This document shows positions 63,456-64,000 of a stretch of DNA of 64,000 bases, one piece after another. The DNA comes from Glycera tridactyla (taxonomy: Eukaryota): positions 71,672,001-71,736,000 of the forward strand of contig OZ286460.1 of the NCBI GenBank assembly GCA_965644265.1, in the 5' to 3' direction. The translations under genes and the position numbers were made by a program. Numbering within the stretch: position 1 is the stretch's first letter; each line of letters begins with the position of its first letter. The notes below the pieces were generated by a model that did not search any database, was not told the DNA's origin, and saw only the letters and a list, made by a program, of their open reading frames with translations.

Positions 63456-64000
63456 GTGAGAGTTTTCGCTGTATTATTTTTGCCATGTATCTGGACTGGT
63501 TGGTTTGCATTTACCTCAATCATTGTGCTGCATTGTTTTGTTACTAATGCAGAGTATTTTAAGGCTATTCTATTTGAAATGGGAGTGGAATGAAAAAAAT
63601 TCTGAATAAGTATTTGATTGACACCTTACTGTTGCGAACATTTGGTATACAATTCAGGACTGGAATGTTGTACAACTAACCTGCCAGTCTGTCTATTCAA
63701 AATATGTACCGTTCTTAGGCAAAATGTCATGGGACCAAATATATTTTTGTCGTTCAAGACATGATTTCACCTAGCACAGTAAATCGTAGAATATCAAGCA
63801 TATTCTACAATTTTTTTCGTGGTAATCCACATGGATACGAAAAATAATGCCAGTGTTTGTTTACATTGAGCTTGTAACCTCTGGTAACCAAGATGCCGGC
63901 GTCCATGATGTACACATGCCAGGTCTATCAGGCAGAAATATATAACATGAATGCCATTGGTTGGTGATGCCCTCCCCTGCTTTCCAATTTTCCGAGTGTC

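Overview
Eukaryotic, invertebrate-like genomic DNA with many N gaps next to microsatellites. The HINE-type repeats and LINE families suggest a marine lophotrochozoan-like animal, but that is a weak inference. Two host genes are recognisable: a single-exon PWP1 (WD40) on the minus strand (39159-37531) and the first three coding exons of a cornichon/CNIH gene on the plus strand (59487-63455, running past the window end). Most of the rest is transposon-derived. Two full-length tyrosine-recombinase (YR) retrotransposons of different architecture flank PWP1. The first is a DIRS1-like element (24175-31788) with inverted terminal repeats, an internal complementary region (ICR) and gag/RT-RNaseH-methyltransferase/YR; its empty target site is visible at about 20.64 kb. 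The second is a Ngaro-like element (44445-51282) with split direct repeats A1...B1-A2-B2, an SGNH-hydrolase ORF upstream of gag, then RT-RNaseH and YR. Also present are an I/Nimb-type LINE with RNase H, two CR1/L2-group LINE fragments, several short retroposon families sharing a structured 3' tail, many MITEs and Helentron-type elements (several nested), and a 93-bp minisatellite with an 8-unit higher-order duplication. The most unusual observations are a 94-bp copy of DNA from upstream of PWP1 placed exactly at the Ngaro B1/A2 junction, an SGNH ORF lying inside a predicted gag intron, and small N-terminal Gly/Cys ORFs in the long 3' region of the DIRS element.
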